Both the position numbers and the translations under genes were made by a program. From Clostridium disporicum (lineage in GTDB: Bacteria; Bacillota; Clostridia; Clostridiales; Clostridiaceae): a stretch of DNA of 24,000 bases. The DNA is taken from positions 113,137 through 137,136 of the forward strand of contig NZ_CYZX01000003.1 in NCBI RefSeq assembly GCF_001405015.1, read 5' to 3'. Positions within the stretch are counted from its first letter, which is position 1, and the number at the start of each line of letters is the position of its first letter. Below are positions 18,867-24,000 of this stretch, one piece after another. The notes beneath the pieces were generated by a model. The model worked only from the letters and a program-made list of their open reading frames with translations. It ran no database searches and was not told the origin of the DNA.

Positions 18867-20339
18867 CTACTCCCCAATCATCTCTGCTAACTCTTCAATT
18901 CCAGCAGTGATTTCCATTTCTAGTTCTCTTATTCTTAGCATTATTTCTTGTGGTGAGTCGTAGTGAACTTCTTCGTATTCTATTTCTTTGTATTTATTTA
19001 TTGATAAATCATATCCGTTATCTCTTATTTCTTCTACTGGTACAAAGAAGCTTTGCTCTGTTCTTTTTCTATCTACTTCTTTATCTAGGTTGCTGAATCT
19101 TTCTACTATATCATTAATGTCATTATCTTCTATTGGATTTCTCTTATCATCTAATGAATATCCGTCAGCTTTCATATCATAGAACCATACTTTATCTGTT
19201 CCGCCTGTACCTGTCTTTGTGAATATCATAATTGCTGTAGATACTCCTGCATATGGTTTAAATACTCCTGATGGCATTGAGATAATAGCTTCTAGCTTAT
19301 GGTTTTCTACTATTTCTTTTCTTATAGATTTATGTCCTCCTGTTGAACCAAATAAAACTCCATCTGGAACTATTGAAGCACATCTTCCACCTGTCTTTAA
19401 AATTCTTAAGAATAACGCTAAGAATAAAAGCTCAGTTTTCTTTGTTTTAGTTGTCTTAAGTAAATCTGCTGATACTGCTTCATAGTCTAAACTTCCCTTA
19501 AATGGAGGATTTGCAAGAACTAAAGTAAACTTATCTTTATCTGTATTTACTTCTGATAATGAATCCTTATATTCAATATTAGGATTATCAACACCATGAA
19601 GCATCATATTCATAGCACCGATTCTAAGCATAGTTCTATCCATATCAAAACCATAGAACATTCCATTATTAAAATGCTCCTTTAAACCTTGAACTAAGAA
19701 AAGTTCAGGATGATTTTCTCTTAAGTAAGCCTGAGAAGATACTAAGAACCCTGCTGAACCTGCTGCTGGATCAACTATTATATCTTCAGGAGTTGGCTTC
19801 ATAAGCTTAACTATCATATCGATAATATGTCTTGGAGTTCTAAACTGCCCATTAGTACCTGCTGTGGCAACCTTTGAAAGTAAATATTCATAAAGGTCAC
19901 CTTTAGTATCTTTATCATCCTCCATATCTATATTATCAATACCATCAACTATCTTACTTAGCATAAGTGGAGTTGGAATCTTAAATATTGCATCTCCCAT
20001 ATACTTTGCATAAGCTGAATCTGCATTATTGTGAAGATTTTTTATAAAAGGAAATACCTCTTCAGATACTACCTTATACATTTCTCCTGCTTCAAAATTC
20101 TTAAACTTGCTCCATCTTAATTGTTGTTTATCTTCTGGAAAAGTCCTATCAAAATCTATACCTAAAAGTACAGCATCATTTTCCTTAACAATTTCCTTAT
20201 CATCAAGACCTTTAATAAATAAAAGATATGTAAATTGTTCTATTACCTCTAATGGGTTAGTTATACCTCCAGTCCAAAATGTTTCCCATATTTTATCAAC
20301 TTTACTTCTTAATTCGCCTGTAATCATATTTTCCTCCAA
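18867..20339 (-). CDS. hsdM: Type I restriction-modification N6-adenine DNA methyltransferase subunit (HsdM)
   Basis: HsdM_N-like N-terminus (LRSKVDKIWETFWTGG); AdoMet motif I VDPAAGSAGFL; catalytic motif IV LANPPFKGS. GGAGGA RBS. Confidence 0.95.
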   Translation of the reverse strand: MEENMITGELRSKVDKIWETFWTGGITNPLEVIEQFTYLLFIKGLDDKEIVKENDAVLLGIDFDRTFPEDKQQLRWSKFKNFEAGEMYKVVSEEVFPFIKNLHNNADSAYAKYMGDAIFKIPTPLMLSKIVDGIDNIDMEDDKDTKGDLYEYLLSKVATAGTNGQFRTPRHIIDMIVKLMKPTPEDIIVDPAAGSAGFLVSSQAYLRENHPELFLVQGLKEHFNNGMFYGFDMDRTMLRIGAMNMMLHGVDNPNIEYKDSLSEVNTDKDKFTLVLANPPFKGSLDYEAVSADLLKTTKTKKTELLFLALFLRILKTGGRCASIVPDGVLFGSTGGHKSIRKEIVENHKLEAIISMPSGVFKPYAGVSTAIMIFTKTGTGGTDKVWFYDMKADGYSLDDKRNPIEDNDINDIVERFSNLDKEVDRKRTEQSFFVPVEEIRDNGYDLSINKYKEIEYEEVHYDSPQEIMLRIRELEMEITAGIEELAEMIGE

Positions 20340-20355
20340 ATTTCTACTTTAATAT

Positions 20356-20371
20356 TTAAATTATATCATAG
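20356..20371 (-). promoter_or_regulatory. Putative hsdM-hsdS promoter, extended -10 (TGATATAAT)
   Basis: The minus strand reads CTATGATATAATTTAA, about 25-30 nt upstream of the hsdM ATG. It is identical to the 16-mer upstream of hsdR. Confidence 0.45.
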
Positions 20372-20620
20372 GTTAAGTGAATCTAATTTATTTTATTAAA
20401 ATATAGACCATCTTATATCTTTTTGAAAAATTATCTTTTCAAAGACATCATTAAGTCTTTCTCCATCACCTCTATTTGTTGTTTACTGTAAAACCAATAT
20501 AAAATTGAGTAACTAATTACTCCCTATTAGCAAGTATTAATATTCGTCCCTTTATTTTAATATTTGTAAAGATAACTCTTTTATAAAATTCTCATAGCTA
20601 TAACCTAGTTTTTATATCTT

Positions 20621-20892
20621 GACTTACATTTTTCTTACCTTTGACTTACGTAAGAAGCTGGTCTTAGCCCTTGAAATCACTAGTGACTTACATGACTTAC
20701 GTAAATCCTATATACATTATCTATATATTTTTCAATAAATAAAAAAATTTTCCATAAAAATATATATCTCTAATTAGGTAAGTCATGTAAGTCATTAATA
20801 ACTTTTTCTTTGTAAACCTAGTGATGATAAGTGTTTAGCTATGACTTACATACCTAAGAAGTCATGTAAGTCAACGTAAGTCAATGTAAGTC
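20621..20892. repeat. Iteron array (GACTTAC / GTAAGTC, 10 perfect copies in two clusters) flanking an AT-rich core; candidate replication origin of the element
   Basis: GACTTAC occurs at 20621, 20643, 20685, 20694 and 20843. GTAAGTC occurs at 20778, 20787, 20866, 20876 and 20886. There are tandem 9-10-bp units, such as three copies of (a/c)(t/g)GTAAGTCA at 20864-20893. An almost pure A/T stretch at 20705-20777 separates the clusters. Confidence 0.6.
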
Positions 20893-22791
20893 AAAAGCTA
20901 TTAATGCAGATTTATTAGAAACTTCTCTCTCTTTAAAATCTCTTTTTATTTCCTCTTCATCCTCTATTGCTATATTTAATTTGATACAGTTTGTCATAGC
21001 TCCAAATATTCTTGTTTGATGTACATATCTTCCCTGTGAATTCTTGGTTATAAGCCCTACCTTGTACAACTTATCTTTAACTGCATTAAAATTAATCCTA
21101 TGTGAATTTAGCATTTTCATTAATACTGTTTTATTTATAAAACATTCTTTCTTTATATTGTCTAATTTACCCCATATTTCACCACTTTCATTTTCTTTAA
21201 ATTTATTAATATTCTGCCCAATCCAATCTAGTATTAGGTCATATATGTTTTTAGTAACATCTTTCTCGCTATTTTTAGGAATAAATTCTGTTATGTCACT
21301 AATTTCTAGTTTTTCATCTCCAAATATAAAGTTGCTAAGCTCATCCCCTAAAAGAATTGCTGCTGTGCTTAATACTTGTTTATCTGTAATATCTGAACTT
21401 TCTTGCACCATCTTAATAAATTCAGAGTATATTATGTTAACCTCTTTATTAGTAATTAAGTTATCTATAAAGTCTTTTCCAGCAAAACCGTAATTTTCTC
21501 TTACAAAGTTTGCCGTATAATTCCCATCTTCTATTACACTTTCTTTTGCTTCTATTTCGATAACTCTATTTTTAACACCTCCACCAGAGTTTTCTTGAAC
21601 TATTGGCTCTTCACCAGAAAACATAAATATATTTTGCCAAGTCCCCTGAACATCAACGCCACCATAAGACTTACCTCTACTTCTATCTATACCTTCAGTA
21701 AGTTGCATTATTAAAGAATCAAAGCTTTCATATTTATCTTTTATAATCTGAAGCTCATCAAAGGCTATTGGTAAGCTATTCATAAAAGAAGCGTATCTTC
21801 CCATAGCTACTGCTGTGGAATTTAATGTCTTAACAAGCTTGCCTAACGAGGGGTCACCCCATATACTCATAGCTACCATTAATCCAACAGTTTTCCCTGC
21901 TCCAGTACCTCCCCAAAGATGTATAATAAAAGGTAACGTTCCTGTTATTTTAAGTAAACAGCTAGCAAAAGAAGCCGCCATAAGTATTTTTACGATTTTA
22001 CTTTCACTTCGTAGCTTTATACAAAAGCTTTTCCAAGCTTCATAATCTCCTTTTTCTTTTATACTATCGTAAACTTCTTTAAAAGCAATATCTCCATCAT
22101 ATTTTAAATTTTCTGCATATGGTGAAAACTCTTTATCTATCCATCCTACTTTGCTTATACTTCTTGATACAGGTATCTTATCCACATTTGTATCTAATAC
22201 ATCTGTTATATATGTGACTAAATTGCCTGCATTGTTTGAATTTACGCCTATTCCTCTATCAGCAATGTTTATTATAATAGATTTATTTGCAATTACACTT
22301 CTTTCGATAACAACCTCCTTCCAAATATTATCCTTATAAAAAGCAATCTTAACCTTCTCCATACCAGTTTCTATATTTACAAGCCTCTCTACTGGTAATA
22401 TAGGGTGGGGACAAGCTACTTCTTTTACTTGTTGAATATTCTTCAATTCTGTTTTCCATACACCACTATCATCTGCAATCCACTCTCCACATTGTAAGTC
22501 CTCTAATGGTGGATTAGAAAAATCTATAAAATTATTACTTTCCTTAGGCTTAATATCTTTCATCTGTTGCTTCTTATAAGCCTTTTCCACAGCCTTAAAC
22601 TGTTTAGTAATATTTAAATCAGAAGCTCTATTAAAAAGCTTAGCTAAAATAATCTCTCGCTCAACTTCATCATCTATTGAATAAATATACTCAAAATTCT
22701 TTTTATCAATAATCTCATTTTTACCCATATTCAAGATTAAACTTTCCATAAAACCTAAATTAATTAATTCATCAGCAAAATTATTATTCAA
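20881..22791 (-). CDS. DUF927-type P-loop NTPase / replicative helicase of a mobile element
   Basis: Walker A LWGGTGAGKT and Walker B IAFDELQ. Size and layout match DUF927 primase-helicase proteins of Firmicute islands and prophages. TTG start at 22791 with GGGAGGAA 6 nt upstream. Overlaps the upstream gene by 8 nt. Confidence 0.8.
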   Translation of the reverse strand: MNNNFADELINLGFMESLILNMGKNEIIDKKNFEYIYSIDDEVEREIILAKLFNRASDLNITKQFKAVEKAYKKQQMKDIKPKESNNFIDFSNPPLEDLQCGEWIADDSGVWKTELKNIQQVKEVACPHPILPVERLVNIETGMEKVKIAFYKDNIWKEVVIERSVIANKSIIINIADRGIGVNSNNAGNLVTYITDVLDTNVDKIPVSRSISKVGWIDKEFSPYAENLKYDGDIAFKEVYDSIKEKGDYEAWKSFCIKLRSESKIVKILMAASFASCLLKITGTLPFIIHLWGGTGAGKTVGLMVAMSIWGDPSLGKLVKTLNSTAVAMGRYASFMNSLPIAFDELQIIKDKYESFDSLIMQLTEGIDRSRGKSYGGVDVQGTWQNIFMFSGEEPIVQENSGGGVKNRVIEIEAKESVIEDGNYTANFVRENYGFAGKDFIDNLITNKEVNIIYSEFIKMVQESSDITDKQVLSTAAILLGDELSNFIFGDEKLEISDITEFIPKNSEKDVTKNIYDLILDWIGQNINKFKENESGEIWGKLDNIKKECFINKTVLMKMLNSHRINFNAVKDKLYKVGLITKNSQGRYVHQTRIFGAMTNCIKLNIAIEDEEEIKRDFKEREVSNKSALIAFDLH

Positions 22792-23350
22792 TATAATTTC
22801 CTCCCATTCTAAGCTTGTTTATTATTTTCTTATTATTTATTAAAAATTGTAGCTTGTCTCTTTCATCTCCTTCTATAAAAATATCTAGGTAATAATCTAT
22901 TTGTTCTAACATCATTGCTGTCTCATCATCATTCTTTTCTGCTAGGTATCTTCTATAATCGCTTAGCAAAATAAATATTTCATTTTCTACTCTTTTGAAT
23001 TCTTCTAATATAAGCATTTTTTGCTTGTACTTATTTGGGAATTTAAATTCAGATTTGCATTTATTCTTACTTAAATTAAGACCTAATGCTAAAGAATCAT
23101 TTATATATTGTGCTGCTTTATATGGCTTTATATTAAGTATCTTAGATACAAGAGTTATTGAATCTCCCGTTTCTCCACATCCAAAGCATTTAAATATTTG
23201 TTTCTTTTCAGATATGCTGAAAGATGGTGTGTTTTCAGAATGAAATGGACATAAACATTTATTAGCTCTATTAAGATTTATACCTACTAATTTTGCAACA
23301 TCAATTATGTTGCTTCTTGTTTTAATTTCCTTTATAAGCTCATTGACCAT
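22784..23350 (-). CDS. CHC2 zinc-finger (DnaG-type) primase-like protein, no TOPRIM domain
   Basis: CPFHSENTPSFSISEKKQIFKCFGCGETGD is the canonical zf-CHC2 primase finger. At 188 aa the protein is too short for a catalytic TOPRIM domain. AGGAG RBS. Confidence 0.8.
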   Translation of the reverse strand: MVNELIKEIKTRSNIIDVAKLVGINLNRANKCLCPFHSENTPSFSISEKKQIFKCFGCGETGDSITLVSKILNIKPYKAAQYINDSLALGLNLSKNKCKSEFKFPNKYKQKMLILEEFKRVENEIFILLSDYRRYLAEKNDDETAMMLEQIDYYLDIFIEGDERDKLQFLINNKKIINKLRMGGNYIE

Positions 23351-23486
23351 ATTGCTCCTATGAAATTTCTAGAAATTTAAATATAAATTATTAAAGTACT
23401 CATTTAGTAAATATGATTGAATTTTTTAATTTTGCTTATATAAAATAAAAAATTTAATATTTTATAAAATTAATCTTTAAAGCATT

Positions 23487-23531
23487 ACAGCTCTAAACAT
23501 AGTATTTTACACTGTTTAGAGCTGTTTTTAT
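23487..23531 (+). terminator. Strong hairpin with a T-tract only on the plus strand (orientation opposite to both flanking genes)
   Basis: Perfect 13-bp stem acagctctaaaca (23487-23499) / tgtttagagctgt (23513-23525). On the plus strand TTTTTA follows; on the minus strand AATGCTTTAAAG follows. Confidence 0.4.
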
Positions 23532-23590
23532 CTATTATTTTTGTATATAACAAATAATTTGTATAATAAAATTTTCAAATAATCTTCTTA

Positions 23591-23989
23591 CTAATCTTCT
23601 ACATCAATTAAATTACTTTCATATTCTATTTTTCCAGTAAGTACACCGTCATAGAAAGCTTGTTTATTATCAATAAAATTAATACACTCATTAATTTCTT
23701 TAATTTGATTTAATAACGCTTCTTTTGATTTATTAAGCATCTCTTTTCTTTCTGGAATTGTAGACGGTCCTTGTAAGCAATAATTCATATATAATTTCAT
23801 ATCTTTAATACTCATACCACATTTCTTTAAACATTGTAGTCCCTTTAACCATGCAACATTTTTTTCATCAAAAATACGATAATTATTTTTATCTCTTTTT
23901 ACATTAGGCACTAAGCCTTCTTTACAATAATACTTTAATGTTTCATATGATATCCCAACTTGCTTACTAACCTCTTTCATTGTGTACAT
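23591..23989 (-). CDS. MerR family transcriptional regulator
   Basis: N-terminal HTH YTMKEVSKQVGISYETLKYYCKEGLVPNVKRDKNNYRIFDEKNVAWLKGLQCLKKCGMSIKDMK followed by a coiled-coil dimerisation helix. The 132-aa size is typical. Confidence 0.85.
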   Translation of the reverse strand: MYTMKEVSKQVGISYETLKYYCKEGLVPNVKRDKNNYRIFDEKNVAWLKGLQCLKKCGMSIKDMKLYMNYCLQGPSTIPERKEMLNKSKEALLNQIKEINECINFIDNKQAFYDGVLTGKIEYESNLIDVED

Positions 23990-24000
23990 AAAATTTTCCT

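Larger units (their letters stand above)
12541..24000 (-). mobile_element. Putative integrated replicative island (satellite/PICI- or IME-like) with type I R-M defence cargo; boundaries not determined
   Basis: A primase-finger gene, a DUF927 helicase and an iteron origin sit directly upstream of hsdM-hsdS-X-Y-hsdR. No integrase, att repeat or tRNA is seen in the window, and the right end may lie beyond 24000. Confidence 0.35.

Noticed and set aside
17735-18877. Phase-variable hsdS shuffling system.
   Set aside because: There is only one hsdS gene, with no partial or silent hsdS copies, no inverted repeats within it that I could see, and no adjacent recombinase.
20422-20475. An 11-codon mini-ORF (MEKDLMMSLKR) with an upstream AGAGGTG, plus an 8-bp inverted repeat TTTGAAAA/TTTTCAAA (20422-20443), between the origin and hsdM. 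It could be a controller-like element.
   Set aside because: The ORF is too short and has no motif. The inverted repeat is short and pure A/T-rich. Nothing resembling a C-protein HTH gene is present.
20621-20892. The repeat array could be a CRISPR array.
   Set aside because: The units are only 7-10 bp and occur in both orientations. They are irregularly spaced or directly abutting, with no unique spacers of constant length, and no cas genes are nearby. An iteron or origin interpretation fits better.

Overview
This is a very AT-rich, Clostridium-like (low-GC Firmicute) chromosomal segment. Every substantial gene is on the minus strand; only a short 3' gene fragment at the left edge is on the plus strand.

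The left half (1-12.3 kb) looks like ordinary chromosome:
- two tandem Csp-type subtilisin (S8) germination proteases
- a TetR regulator with a cation:proton antiporter
- two flavodoxin-fold oxidoreductases
- a stand-alone GH1 6-phospho-beta-glucosidase
- a YtrA/GntR-regulated ABC exporter operon with two paralogous permeases

The right half (about 12.5-24 kb) looks like an integrated replicative element carrying defence cargo:
- a MerR regulator
- a CHC2 zinc-finger primase-like protein
- a DUF927 P-loop helicase
- an iteron/AT-rich origin-like array that begins at the helicase stop codon
- a complete type I restriction-modification system in the order hsdM, hsdS, [181-aa 2-TM SieB-like protein], [Rpn-family PD-(D/E)XK nuclease], hsdR

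The best candidate for an undescribed system is the two-gene cassette between hsdS and hsdR. This is the position that the anticodon nuclease prrC occupies in the E. coli prr locus. No integrase or att site is visible, so the element boundaries are unresolved. All family assignments come from motif reading by eye, not database searches.
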